From: a phage
Reading direction: 5' to 3' (one strand)
Assembly (NCBI GenBank): GCA_020241865.1
Contig: GCA_020241865.1_4709.1
Length of the DNA: 64,000 nucleotides
The notes beneath the pieces were generated by a model, which was given only the letters and a program-made list of their open reading frames with translations, ran no database searches and had not been told where the DNA came from. Below, piece by piece: positions 1-9,405 of the stretch. A program made the translations under genes and the position numbers. Numbering within the stretch: the first letter of the stretch is position 1; every line of letters starts with the position of its first letter.

Positions 1-132
1 ATTCCTCCGGTTGGTTCTGGTTGCGGTAATATCGGTTACGGACAATCCGAAACAATCCAGCCTCAGTGGGTACGCGCACAAATCAAACAGTATCTTGCCA
101 CCGTACCGAACGTTCATTTCTACTTGTTCTAA
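1..132 (+). CDS. 3' end of a gene truncated by the window edge; C-terminal fragment related to the C-termini of 3808..4449 and 4561..5277
   Basis: Frame 1 is open from nt 1 to TAA at 130-132 (IPPVGSGCGNIGYGQSETIQPQWVRAQIKQYLATVPNVHFYLF); shares a G-x-CGNI ... P-x-WV-x-Q motif with the two minus-strand paralogs; convergent with gene 198..572 across hairpin 149..180. Confidence 0.4.
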   Translation: MPPVGSGCGNIGYGQSETIQPQWVRAQIKQYLATVPNVHFYLF

Positions 133-148
133 CGCAACGGTAACATAA

Positions 149-180
149 CCCTCTCCCTTCCCTGCTGGGTTGGGAGAGGG
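149..180. terminator. GC-rich hairpin (9-bp stem CCCTCTCCC/GGGAGAGGG, 14-nt loop) between convergent genes; member of the recurrent hairpin family
   Basis: Perfect inverted repeat 149-157/172-180; loop ttccctgctgggtt nearly identical to loops at 5290-5303 and 43785-43798; followed by CTTATGCTGTTATG. Confidence 0.6.
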
Positions 181-197
181 CTTATGCTGTTATGCTA

Positions 198-572
198 TTA
201 ATGTTCGTTCCAGATGGCATCTTCCGGTGGAACAATAGGATCTTTCTTCGGCATTGATGGCACTTCATGGCGATGTTTACGGAACTGCCTATCAATAACC
301 TCACGAAGCCGGTACGCATCAACCCATGTTGATTTATTGAACAGCTCCAATGTCACAGTTAATCGTGTTCTTGACATTGAATAGCTTTTCTTTGCAATCA
401 AATTGGGATAATTCAGTTGAGCGAACCACGCACGTATTTGTGCTTCGGTAAAAGCGATGCTGTAATAACTAAGTTTACCGTCATTAAAATCGTGCGCGTG
501 GGTGTAACGTCCAGCGTAACGCCAGACAAGATGCACATTCAGATCGATCCATGGTGGGGTGGTATCAGCCAT
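198..572 (-). CDS. hypothetical protein
   Basis: 124-aa ORF with ATG start, tightly packed with co-oriented neighbours; no recognisable motif. Confidence 0.5.
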   Translation of the reverse strand: MADTTPPWIDLNVHLVWRYAGRYTHAHDFNDGKLSYYSIAFTEAQIRAWFAQLNYPNLIAKKSYSMSRTRLTVTLELFNKSTWVDAYRLREVIDRQFRKHRHEVPSMPKKDPIVPPEDAIWNEH

Positions 573-581
573 GTGTTACCC

Positions 582-1151
582 TCAACGATTCTTCATCACT
601 TTACCCAGGCTTTCGATATTATCCCAAAAGCGATTTTTACTTGGCGCATCGCCGACGATAACCGACATCAAATCACGACGTTCGCGACTGATGATGCCTT
701 GTGATTTCCAGATCACCATCGTCCAGCAAGCGGCCAGAACGAACAGATGGTTAATGCTCGGTTTGGTTTGCGCGATGAACGCAAGCCATGCCCAGATACC
801 GGTGTATACTAGCGTCACTAAAAAGAGCGAGATTGTTGCAACGACAACAACGAAGTTTTGGACAGCGGGTTGATTAGCGTTATCATGAATAGCGGTAAGA
901 TCAGGAAGATTACCTTCAACTGAACTCGTTTCATCGATTTCCAATTCTTCGATTTCTTTTCGTGTGTCAGGAGCTAATCCAGCATCATCGAGATGCTTTT
1001 TTAACCGCTGTATGCTTAATCGTTGACCGACAGGAATGTTGATGTTGTCGTAACTATTAAGCGCATCAACCAGGGAGCGTCCATCAACGAGAACCAAGCT
1101 CGCGGTACCCATCGTTTGCGGTTTTATTTTGTAAAGGTCTTTTACTTTCAT
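582..1151 (-). CDS. hypothetical membrane protein
   Basis: 189-aa ORF; long hydrophobic stretch (VVVVATISLFLVTLVYTGIWAWLAFIA ... FVLAACWTMVIW) consistent with two transmembrane helices. Confidence 0.5.
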   Translation of the reverse strand: MKVKDLYKIKPQTMGTASLVLVDGRSLVDALNSYDNINIPVGQRLSIQRLKKHLDDAGLAPDTRKEIEELEIDETSSVEGNLPDLTAIHDNANQPAVQNFVVVVATISLFLVTLVYTGIWAWLAFIAQTKPSINHLFVLAACWTMVIWKSQGIISRERRDLMSVIVGDAPSKNRFWDNIESLGKVMKNR

Positions 1152-1172
1152 GTAGACACCACCTCCAACGTG

Positions 1173-3785
1173 TTAAGCGTCCGGCGTAAAATCAAAAGGA
1201 ATGTCCGTACGAATGATATCATAACGTTTTCCGAGGAAATAAAACTCTTCGGGAACCTGACCGGGAATAATGCTATCACCGATGAACTGCGGATACGCCC
1301 AGATGTACTGAGTGAGTCCTTCGAACATATCCAGGTTATTTGCGTGGTTACCCATGATACGTTTCCAGAGTTCGCGTTTATACGGCGTTTTAACATCGAA
1401 ACCATAAAGCGGTGCAAGATCTTCACCAGGAACAAATCCCAGGTAATAGTGAATCTGACTAACCGGGAAACCAAGCGTATCTCGCGGAATGGTGATCGCT
1501 TGCTCAGCTTTGGTGACATGCGTTTCAATAATCCAGTCGTAACACTCTGAATAGAACCGATCGAATTTCTCTGGATTATACCACGCTTTGGGAAGATTCA
1601 GTTTCTCCGTGAACGCATTCGACATGATCGTCGGTAAGAACGGAAGAACACCGGTTTTGATCTGCGTGTATTTCGATTTTACCCGGTTAGCCAAATTCCA
1701 GCAACTGTATCCTAACTGTTCGTTACAAAACTCAACGTAGAGATCGTAATCACCGCCGGATAATGGGTTGTTGATATCACCAATGTCTGCAGCGTATTTG
1801 TTGGGATATCGGTTATTGAAAGCCAGTTTGGTTTGGTAATCGTAGATACACGGTTTGTTGTTCGCTGTATTGATCCACCACCAGGGTTCACCCACCTGTA
1901 CACAAATGTCCTGGACATGAGGGTAAATAATATCGGCAAACGCGGTTAACACATCCCCTAACCACGCCATCGCCTGTTGGTTACATGGAGACAGCAACCA
2001 GGATGGTGGTGTATATCCGGTTGCTGCGATGTTTCCTTCCCAATCCTGCTGCGCCCACTCGAACGGGCATGCTGTACTCATCAATTCGTAACTTAAACTG
2101 ATGGTGACAGAGAAATGGTGTTTTGCAGCATATGCGGCGAAAGCTTCATGCCACGCGATACAGGGTGGATTTAATACATCCGTGGTGTTCACCAGTAACT
2201 TACCCGCACTTGGCGTCCAGACAGTATCGTAGAAATGCGACATTCCAACATAATGCACTAATTCATCTTGATACCCCGCATAAACCAGGTTCTCAAATAC
2301 GCGCTCCGGCGTGATGTTGTAATGGTCATCATAAGCGGTTATCGCACGAAGTTCGTGTGGTGTACAGTGGTGACGATTAACCGTCATTTCCTGATACACC
2401 CCATCGATAGGAAGAATCTCGAGGGTTAAACCGAGGTCGATTGGCGTTTCCAGATAGGTCGTTTCAGTCGCACCTTCCTTATAATGTCGAGAACTCATGC
2501 TGAACATCAACGATGCTACCGATTCGAGTTCGATAGGCTCGTCAGCATAGAACCCCGCCATTGCGTCATTGAAATCGATCGTTACGATTGCGCTTCTACC
2601 GTCTTCAGAGACATCGGTGGCGTATCGGGTTAATGAGATATACTGACGGCTATCGTCTTTGTGTACGACGGTTAAAACCGGCGGGTTTTCGGTATCTGCA
2701 AAGTTACGCTGATCGCCAGTAAACGTGATCTTCGCTTTAAAGATCAAACCGAATAACGACGTCATGGGATCATACGCAATACAACCGTGATCCAGCGTAT
2801 CCGTTGTCCGCCATTCTATCCCGACCAACCCGTTAGCGGTATGGCATCGCATATACGCATTAAGTACCATGTCTTCACTGACAACCGCGAAGTTCTCTGT
2901 TGACTGACCGTTGATAATCCAATACATCGGTTGCCAGAGGTTACGCGTACCTTTTGCGTAGCGGTAGGTTGGTGCGCCTTTGGGGTTGCCATTATTAAGA
3001 TGGAATACTGCAGTACCTTGATAATGGTCGTTCGTATTAATCGGAACACTGTAAGCGTCACCGAGGTCCGTACGTTCCACCTTCGTGACCGTTGCGTTTT
3101 CAAATAACCCACGCAGCGCGGGTAAACCGATATCTTCAGGCGCGTTTTCTCGACGAATCGCATCCGCGATGCGATGGGCTAAGGCGGGGTAAATAGCTTC
3201 ACCCTGTTGTAGGTTTGCAAGACCTACAAAGCGATCAGGGTCGATACCAGCAATCAATAACTCAACATCACCCTTCGTTCTATCGTCGTTAAGATATTTC
3301 AGTCCGGTAAGGTCAAGATGCTGAATAAGCGACAACAGGTTGTATTTACGGTTTTCAACAGTTAGTACAAGATCGCCTGCCCAAACCAAACTTCCCTCAT
3401 CCGCTGTTACTTTAACAGATTGTCGGCCTGTGGTAGACGTTGTTGTCGTTTTATTTAATTGTCCTTGTAGGAAGTCGGTTGCGAGGTCAAAGGCAATGCC
3501 GTAACGGTCAGCGACCGCTTGCATGATTTCACGTAACTGGGTATCTTCTTCAATGATAATCTTGACAGGTATTCCCAGGAACGCTTTAGCGAGGTCTCGT
3601 TTAACCAACGAGACGAATACGGATTTGTAGTATCGGCTTCCATCTTTCCCTTTAAAAAGAATGGAGGTTGTTTCGGGTGCCGATAGAACACGTGCAAATA
3701 CAACATCGTCGGAAGTAAGAGAAAGTCCGTTTTTCTCGTTGACCAATCCTAGTATTTCATTTTGCGCGGTTTCATGTAACTTCAT
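1173..3785 (-). CDS. tail fibre/tailspike protein with shared N-terminal anchor module
   Basis: 870-aa ORF; N-terminal ~150 aa (VKRDLAKAFLGIPVKII ... YGIAFDLATDFL) paralogous to the N-termini of 9406..9954, 10090..11859, 15493..16323 and 54310..55764; large unrelated C-terminal domain. Confidence 0.7.
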   Translation of the reverse strand: MKLHETAQNEILGLVNEKNGLSLTSDDVVFARVLSAPETTSILFKGKDGSRYYKSVFVSLVKRDLAKAFLGIPVKIIIEEDTQLREIMQAVADRYGIAFDLATDFLQGQLNKTTTTSTTGRQSVKVTADEGSLVWAGDLVLTVENRKYNLLSLIQHLDLTGLKYLNDDRTKGDVELLIAGIDPDRFVGLANLQQGEAIYPALAHRIADAIRRENAPEDIGLPALRGLFENATVTKVERTDLGDAYSVPINTNDHYQGTAVFHLNNGNPKGAPTYRYAKGTRNLWQPMYWIINGQSTENFAVVSEDMVLNAYMRCHTANGLVGIEWRTTDTLDHGCIAYDPMTSLFGLIFKAKITFTGDQRNFADTENPPVLTVVHKDDSRQYISLTRYATDVSEDGRSAIVTIDFNDAMAGFYADEPIELESVASLMFSMSSRHYKEGATETTYLETPIDLGLTLEILPIDGVYQEMTVNRHHCTPHELRAITAYDDHYNITPERVFENLVYAGYQDELVHYVGMSHFYDTVWTPSAGKLLVNTTDVLNPPCIAWHEAFAAYAAKHHFSVTISLSYELMSTACPFEWAQQDWEGNIAATGYTPPSWLLSPCNQQAMAWLGDVLTAFADIIYPHVQDICVQVGEPWWWINTANNKPCIYDYQTKLAFNNRYPNKYAADIGDINNPLSGGDYDLYVEFCNEQLGYSCWNLANRVKSKYTQIKTGVLPFLPTIMSNAFTEKLNLPKAWYNPEKFDRFYSECYDWIIETHVTKAEQAITIPRDTLGFPVSQIHYYLGFVPGEDLAPLYGFDVKTPYKRELWKRIMGNHANNLDMFEGLTQYIWAYPQFIGDSIIPGQVPEEFYFLGKRYDIIRTDIPFDFTPDA

Positions 3786-3807
3786 TAAAAACCTCAGCCC
3801 TTTAGAA

Positions 3808-4449
3808 TTAAATGTACTGCTTACCGCCCACGAAGGAAGTTAACCAGTTCCCGCTGACGAGTTGTGATACCCAGCCTGGAACGGCTCTACCATTCTGGCT
3901 CATGATGTTACCACACCAACCAGGGAATCCGGGACGGATGTAATAGAAAGTTAAATTGTAGAGATGGCAATTCCATACCGCAACGTTATGTTTACCAGAA
4001 ACCGCTTTAAAGACAAACGCGACAGGTAACGGAGACGATAACAATTCGGTCACAGGGACGGCTGACCAGTTCGCATTCGCGTTCCATGGTTGCCAGGTAT
4101 GGCTGCGCGAGTCGCAATATACGTTACCGTTGTTACCGCGCCCACCCGCATTCCACCACAGCGACGGACTCATGTTCTTAAGTGAGGTAAATTGCTGCGG
4201 TGGAATATTAGGAATAATAACAGGGTTGGTACCTTGCCCATGTTTCTTTTCTTTTGCGTTCACATACCCGCTTATCGATTCGAGGTATTTGACACCAGGA
4301 TAATTATTCTGGACTTGTGTCGCAATATCACGAACATCGAACGTCCAGCAGATCATGGTGTTGTAGTAAGCATCGGTGTTGTCGTACCATGCGTTACCAT
4401 CTTGTAAACGTGCGCCACTATTCGGTGTTTTATCTGTGTTTATAGCCAT
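3808..4449 (-). CDS. small protein of the tail-fibre locus, paralog of 4561..5277
   Basis: 213-aa ORF; C-terminal 40 aa (GFPGWCGNIMSQNGRAVPGWVSQLVSGNWLTSFVGGKQYI) nearly identical to the C-terminus of 4561..5277. Confidence 0.55.
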   Translation of the reverse strand: MAINTDKTPNSGARLQDGNAWYDNTDAYYNTMICWTFDVRDIATQVQNNYPGVKYLESISGYVNAKEKKHGQGTNPVIIPNIPPQQFTSLKNMSPSLWWNAGGRGNNGNVYCDSRSHTWQPWNANANWSAVPVTELLSSPLPVAFVFKAVSGKHNVAVWNCHLYNLTFYYIRPGFPGWCGNIMSQNGRAVPGWVSQLVSGNWLTSFVGGKQYI

Positions 4450-4547
4450 AGTGTTGTCCTATACTGCGATGATTGAGATATCGGATGCCGGATGTGTGTT
4501 GCCATCAGGTGGTACGTACAGAAACACCCACAGATAAAACAGTAGCT

Positions 4548-4578
4548 TATCTAACTTCAATTAAATTGAAGTTAGATA
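4548..4578 (-). terminator. 31-bp perfect palindrome (15-bp arms) overlapping the stop codon of 4561..5277; terminator or operator-like site
   Basis: tATCTAACTTCAATT-A-AATTGAAGTTAGATa with every position paired; on the minus strand it is followed by a U-rich tract (CUGUUUUAUCUG). Confidence 0.4.
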
Positions 4579-5277
4579 TTGTTTACCTCCAACAAACGAC
4601 GTTAACCAATTACCTGAAACAAGTTGCGATGCCCAGCCAGGCACTGCCCTACCGTTCTGGCTCATCACGTTACCTGCCCATCCCGGAAAACCAGGTCGGA
4701 AAATATATACTTGAATATGTGTTAAAGCGTTATCATTACCACCGCCAACAGCAACGTTACGACTCCCAGATGACGGGAAATATTCTTTTAAGAACAGAGG
4801 ATCGGTTGCTAATAAAGATGCGGGCCAAGGGTTCGCAGATGCATCAACATCGAATTCGGTCCATCGCCATTTACGTCCCGTGTCGAACCATGTCGATGTA
4901 CCACCACCCCTCACGACAAGATTGCGCGCATCATGGACATTATAAATTGATTCGATGTTACGCCATCCACCTTTTGCAGCGTTTGCTGCATAGCAAACCG
5001 CATTACCACCATTCTTCTTCTCGTAAACGGTTCGTTTGATATGAACACGGTCGATGAACGCTTCACCGTATTTGTTGACGAGCGTTTGTGCGATATCACG
5101 AAGATCGTGCATGTGAAAAGCGATGTCTTCGTTATGGAACCATGTTGTCTGGTTCCAGACGGTACCGTTTGGTTCGGCACACATCGATCGGATATTGTTG
5201 CGTTGATTAATCGCGATAAAACCCATTGTATACCTCGTTCCTATTCTCAAAAAGGAAATTTCATACGATGACGCCAT
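4561..5277 (-). CDS. small protein of the tail-fibre locus, paralog of 3808..4449
   Basis: Track ORF 4561..5313 trimmed to ATG at 5277 (MASSYEISF), because the first 12 codons are the translation of hairpin 5282..5311; the 3' arm of that hairpin (GGAGGAGC) sits 4 nt upstream of this ATG as a Shine-Dalgarno sequence. Confidence 0.55.
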   Translation of the reverse strand: MASSYEISFLRIGTRYTMGFIAINQRNNIRSMCAEPNGTVWNQTTWFHNEDIAFHMHDLRDIAQTLVNKYGEAFIDRVHIKRTVYEKKNGGNAVCYAANAAKGGWRNIESIYNVHDARNLVVRGGGTSTWFDTGRKWRWTEFDVDASANPWPASLLATDPLFLKEYFPSSGSRNVAVGGGNDNALTHIQVYIFRPGFPGWAGNVMSQNGRAVPGWASQLVSGNWLTSFVGGKQYLTSI

Positions 5278-5281
5278 AGCA

Positions 5282-5311
5282 GCTCCTCCTTCCCTTACGG
5301 GTTGGAGGAGC
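5282..5311 (-). terminator. GC-rich hairpin (8-bp stem GCTCCTCC/GGAGGAGC, 14-nt loop) between genes; its purine arm doubles as the ribosome-binding site of 4561..5277
   Basis: Inverted repeat 5282-5289/5304-5311; loop ttcccttacgggtt matches the loops of the hairpins at 149 and 43776. Confidence 0.55.
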
Positions 5312-5319
5312 ATACTTAA

Positions 5320-5826
5320 TTACTTACTGATAACCTCAACGGAGTTGGGATCAGCGATCAATGCACGATCGGTAGAACAGTTGAAGAAGACCATACCAAC
5401 ACCATCACCGTTCGAGTTCAGGGTTGAACTTACATAAGACAGGGTTGGTTTATTCATGCGGTAGAAGCGTTCGCTGGTAGTGGTATTGAACCCCAGATCA
5501 ACGTAGTCTTTCACCGTGGTGTACAACTGTGTGGACTCGAAAACGGTTACCGGAGAGTCAACGGTAAACTGACTGCCTTCATCCACAACCAGAACTTTAT
5601 CGTTCCAGATTTCAGTGGTTGAAAACTTCGGTTTCCAGTGTTCGAATTCCTGGGTTGCGCCCCAGCAAGAATAAACAGCGAGATTGCTGTTCTTCTCAAC
5701 AGGTTTCAACCCCACCAGTTGTGTCAGGTCTTTATCCAGGTTCGGTAAGCCTTCCAGCGTAGCGCACCCACCCAGAGAAAGTACCATCAACATACCAAGA
5801 ACGATCGCGCAGAGTTTTTTCATCAT
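5320..5826 (-). CDS. putative lipoprotein (candidate receptor-blocking or superinfection-exclusion protein)
   Basis: Start placed at tandem ATG ATG (5821..5826) preceded by AAGGAAA; signal peptide MMKKLCAIVLGMLMVLSLGGC with lipobox-like LGGC; sits inside the receptor-binding locus. Confidence 0.6.
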   Translation of the reverse strand: MMKKLCAIVLGMLMVLSLGGCATLEGLPNLDKDLTQLVGLKPVEKNSNLAVYSCWGATQEFEHWKPKFSTTEIWNDKVLVVDEGSQFTVDSPVTVFESTQLYTTVKDYVDLGFNTTTSERFYRMNKPTLSYVSSTLNSNGDGVGMVFFNCSTDRALIADPNSVEVISK

Positions 5827-5874
5827 TAGATTTCCTTGTGTGTTAACGGAAGTGACTTCCATAAGGATTGATGA

Positions 5875-8800
5875 TTACTTTTTGAGCGCTTTAAGTTCTT
5901 CTTCCAACGCTTCCACTTTTGCCGTAAGCTTCTGTACTTGTTTGATTAATGGAACCACCAAACGTTCGTACATGACACCTTCAGCGACGAGTCCGTTAGA
6001 AGAAACGATAGCGGGGTCATCTTCTTCTGTTGCATCACGCCAGTGCACGTACTGCGGTGCGATCTCGCCAACCTCTTCAGCAATCAACCCATACCAACCC
6101 CAATCCTTGTTGTCTGCTTCACATGTAGAACGATACCACACAGGACGCATCTCCAATACTTTATCCGCTTGTTCATCCGTGATATTCTCGATATCTTTCT
6201 TATAGCGACGCGACGACGTTGAACGAAACACATTGTTGATCCCAGAAACAGGACTGATATACATGTTAGCCCCGCTGGTTGTAGTGCTAATGTCCCATAC
6301 CGCAAATCCGCCGTTACTCCCATTTTTTACGATCAATGTGTTGGCAATAATGTCCAGGTTATTGTCGTAACCGGTTAATTGTCTTTCCGTTACATAACTG
6401 GATAGATTGACCGAGTAGTTCTTACTGTTATAACAACGACGCCATCCTGGGCTGTTGGTACTGCCATTATAGTTGTCGTAGCTATAAATGAACTCGGAGT
6501 TGGTTTTCGCACCACTGACGGAAGACGTGGTTGCGGTCGTAACACGGATGGTATAGTTTGTCATCCCGAAGCTAACGACCTCGATAACAGCACCAGCCAG
6601 AGGGATAATACCGCACTTGGTTTCACTGTCTGGGATGTATGCGCTGTCGGCAGCTGCGAAGGAGCAACGTGCGACCCAGGCGCGGGTATTGAATGCACCT
6701 TGGTTTTGCAACAACGTGATAAACGATGAGGTCGTAATCGAGCTGTTATTATCACCGGTGATCAACCAGCCGGTCGGGCATGCGGTTGCGCCAACGTTTT
6801 TCGCTGTTAACGTGATGTTCTGCGATCCGTCGAAGGCTACGCCACTGATAGTACGCGCAGTCTGCAGTTTCGTCGCCGTTGCTGCGTTCCCTGATGTGTT
6901 CTGGTTCCCTGCGGCGTTAACACCCGGCAGATTGATATTCGCACTACCGTCGAAAGACACCCCACCAATGGTGCGGGCGGTTTTCAGTTTTGTCGCCGTG
7001 GCGGCATTACCGGTCGTGTCTTGGTTACCGGTGGTGTTTACCCCAGGTAGGTTGATATTGGCCGTTCCGTTAAATGAAACACCACCAATCGTCCGTGCCG
7101 TTTGCAACTTCGTTGCGGATGCCGCATTCCCCGTGGTGTTTTGGTTACCTGTTGTATTCACACCTGGGATACTATCCTTAGATGTGTAGATCTGTGCCCA
7201 TTCCGACCAGTTCGCATCTGATGCATCACGACGCGAACGTAGGTAAGCTGGAGCGTGTGCGCCTGAAGTACCTGACCATCCAATAAGGATCTCACCTTCA
7301 CCTACTGCGGTTGCTCCTTTAAGATGAACAACGTTACCGTAGGCTGTAGGGTATCCGTTATTGTACGCTTCATACATCTGGATACCCGTATTGCTGCCCT
7401 GGGTCGCATTAGCTAAAGCGGTGACCCGTCCCTTGGAAGCGAGCACGTTAATGCTAAAGCTAATATCGGTTGTACCGTCAAAGGCGACCCCATTAATCCT
7501 CCGCGCTGTTTGGAGTTTCGTGGCAGTAGCCGCATTACCAGAGGTACTCTGATTGCCTGCTTTGTTCACACCTGGTAAATCAATGTTGGCGGTTCCATCA
7601 AAGGACACGCCCCCTATGGTTCTCGCCGTCTGAAGTTTTGTTGCTGAACCAGCGTTTCCGGAAGTGCTTTGATTACCCGCCGCGTTGACACCTGGTAGGT
7701 TAATGCTAGCAGAACCATCAAAAGAAACTCCACCGATCGTAATAGCTGTTCGCAACTTCGTGGCTGTCGCAGCGTTACCCGTCGTATTCTGATTACCAGC
7801 TGCATTGACGCCAGGTAATGCGATATCAGCTGTGCCATCGAACGCGACACCTCCGATTTTACGGGCGGTTTGTAGCTTGGTTGCTGTAGCAGCATTACCG
7901 CTGGTATTTTGCGTACCGGCTTTATTTACACCAGGAAGATCGATGTTAGCAGAACCATCGAAGCTGACGCCACCTATCGTTCTTGCAGTAGCAAGTTTAG
8001 CGGCTGTAGCAGCGACGTTACCGACTTTTAACCATTCTCCCCATGGACCATCCACACCGTTCCATGATGCCGTTAAACTGCGCACGTATATGTTTCCTGT
8101 ACGTACTGTGTAACGTTGTGTTCCACCGAATTGACCGGCTGGGAGCACTTCGATGTAACCTACAGCATTTGCTTCAGGGAAATTGTGGGCAGCATCGGCA
8201 TTCGTTGATGTTTGTTTGGACCAAATACCCACAGACGCTTCAACCGGACCGTAGGTATTCAGGTTTGCATCGGTTGGGAGTTGTCCTCTGAAACGACGGA
8301 ACGACGAGGCGTTAATTCCCAATATCGTTTGCATCCCTTCAACACCGGACTGCTGTAAGAGAGCGCGTGCGGTAGAAGTGATCGTTGCAAGCGCTACTTT
8401 ATCAGCACCTGTGAAATACGGTAATTTATTCGCTGATGTTGTTAGTCCAGAAAGGGCTGTGAGCAAAGCGTTCAGCGGTTGTTTGCCAGCTAAAGCGTTT
8501 GTTACAGTTGTCGCGAAGTTAGGATCGTTACCTAACGCTTGCGCCAATTCATTGAGTGTGTCCAACGCTTCAGGAGACGATCCGACAAGCGCTGCGATAG
8601 CACGCATCACAAATTCGGTATTCGCAATCTGCTGACTTTTATCGCCTTCGGCTGCGGTTGGTGTTGTCGGCTTATCGGTAAATGCCGGGCTAGAAAGATC
8701 CGCTTTAGCGCTAATTTGTGTTGCTAGGACTTTCCCGGCTTTCGCGGATAGTGCGAGTACTTCACTATCACTGTTCGTCGCCGAGGTTAACTGAACTAAC

Positions 8801-9399
8801 CCTTTACGTGTGGTACTAGCGTCCACTGCTGTGTACTTTCCTTTCGCAACATCCATCACAGCTTTAACTGCTTTTGATGTTGCGGCTTTGGTTTCGTCGT
8901 CACTATTTGTTTCGCTGCTAAGGATCGTTAATCCCCGTTTCTCGGTGGTCGCATCTGGTAAGAATGCGTCACTAACAACCTTCAATTCGATCGCATCGGT
9001 ATTGCTTACGACAACAAATACCTGACAATTTAACACACGTCCTGCCCCTTCGGAAGGCAGTGGTTTGTACCCTTCTGGCGCATTGCCGACAACGACAAGT
9101 TCACCCTGATCGTCGTACAGACCGATCTCACGCACCCAGAACCCACCTTGACTGGCGGGAATAATGCCTTCAACAACAATCCGGGTTGTGTCGTCAACAT
9201 CAATGTGGATGTTAGAAACTTCCCCACGATAAACTTCGTGTACGAGCGCTGTTTGGCTAACATCGGGGGTTGGTGTAGAGCCGTTTCCGTCACCAACAGC
9301 AAAATGTGTGATTCTTAGTTTCTCACCGTCAGGAAGTAGCGCTGCGGCAATACGTTCAGCGCCTTTATCGGTAATGACCGTTTTATAAGTTGTACTCAT
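5875..9399 (-). CDS. long tail fibre: P2 gpH/Stf-like N-terminus, Phage_fiber_2 tandem repeats, C-terminal S74-type intramolecular chaperone
   Basis: 1174-aa ORF; N-terminus MSTTYKTVITDKGAERIAAALLPDGEKLRITHFAVGDGNG is collinear with P2 H / lambda Stf N-termini; eight ~40-aa repeats (ATATKLQTARTIGGVSFDGSANI(D/N)LPGVN); C-terminus has the STSSRRYKKDIENI motif and a coiled-coil tail typical of self-cleaving chaperone domains. Confidence 0.85.
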   Translation of the reverse strand: MSTTYKTVITDKGAERIAAALLPDGEKLRITHFAVGDGNGSTPTPDVSQTALVHEVYRGEVSNIHIDVDDTTRIVVEGIIPASQGGFWVREIGLYDDQGELVVVGNAPEGYKPLPSEGAGRVLNCQVFVVVSNTDAIELKVVSDAFLPDATTEKRGLTILSSETNSDDETKAATSKAVKAVMDVAKGKYTAVDASTTRKGLVQLTSATNSDSEVLALSAKAGKVLATQISAKADLSSPAFTDKPTTPTAAEGDKSQQIANTEFVMRAIAALVGSSPEALDTLNELAQALGNDPNFATTVTNALAGKQPLNALLTALSGLTTSANKLPYFTGADKVALATITSTARALLQQSGVEGMQTILGINASSFRRFRGQLPTDANLNTYGPVEASVGIWSKQTSTNADAAHNFPEANAVGYIEVLPAGQFGGTQRYTVRTGNIYVRSLTASWNGVDGPWGEWLKVGNVAATAAKLATARTIGGVSFDGSANIDLPGVNKAGTQNTSGNAATATKLQTARKIGGVAFDGTADIALPGVNAAGNQNTTGNAATATKLRTAITIGGVSFDGSASINLPGVNAAGNQSTSGNAGSATKLQTARTIGGVSFDGTANIDLPGVNKAGNQSTSGNAATATKLQTARRINGVAFDGTTDISFSINVLASKGRVTALANATQGSNTGIQMYEAYNNGYPTAYGNVVHLKGATAVGEGEILIGWSGTSGAHAPAYLRSRRDASDANWSEWAQIYTSKDSIPGVNTTGNQNTTGNAASATKLQTARTIGGVSFNGTANINLPGVNTTGNQDTTGNAATATKLKTARTIGGVSFDGSANINLPGVNAAGNQNTSGNAATATKLQTARTISGVAFDGSQNITLTAKNVGATACPTGWLITGDNNSSITTSSFITLLQNQGAFNTRAWVARCSFAAADSAYIPDSETKCGIIPLAGAVIEVVSFGMTNYTIRVTTATTSSVSGAKTNSEFIYSYDNYNGSTNSPGWRRCYNSKNYSVNLSSYVTERQLTGYDNNLDIIANTLIVKNGSNGGFAVWDISTTTSGANMYISPVSGINNVFRSTSSRRYKKDIENITDEQADKVLEMRPVWYRSTCEADNKDWGWYGLIAEEVGEIAPQYVHWRDATEEDDPAIVSSNGLVAEGVMYERLVVPLIKQVQKLTAKVEALEEELKALKK
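6620..8100 (-). repeat. diverged tandem coding repeats (Phage_fiber_2-type) inside the fibre gene
   Basis: Five plus three ~120-nt units encoding the GNAATATKLQTARTIGGVSFDGS motif; they generate the antisense pseudo-ORFs at 6617..7189 and 7805..8113; boundaries approximate. Confidence 0.7.
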
Positions 9400-9405
9400 G
9401 GCGTT

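Noticed and set aside
4473-5039. Plus-strand ORF of 188 aa
   Set aside because: Entirely antisense to 4561..5277, whose C-terminus is conserved in a paralog; His/Arg-rich composition typical of an antisense artefact.
6617-8113. Plus-strand ORFs 6617..7189, 7361..7552 and 7805..8113 with repetitive Ala/Val/Pro-rich translations
   Set aside because: They are antisense to the tail-fibre gene 5875..9399 and simply mirror its tandem Phage_fiber_2 repeats; there is no independent start context.
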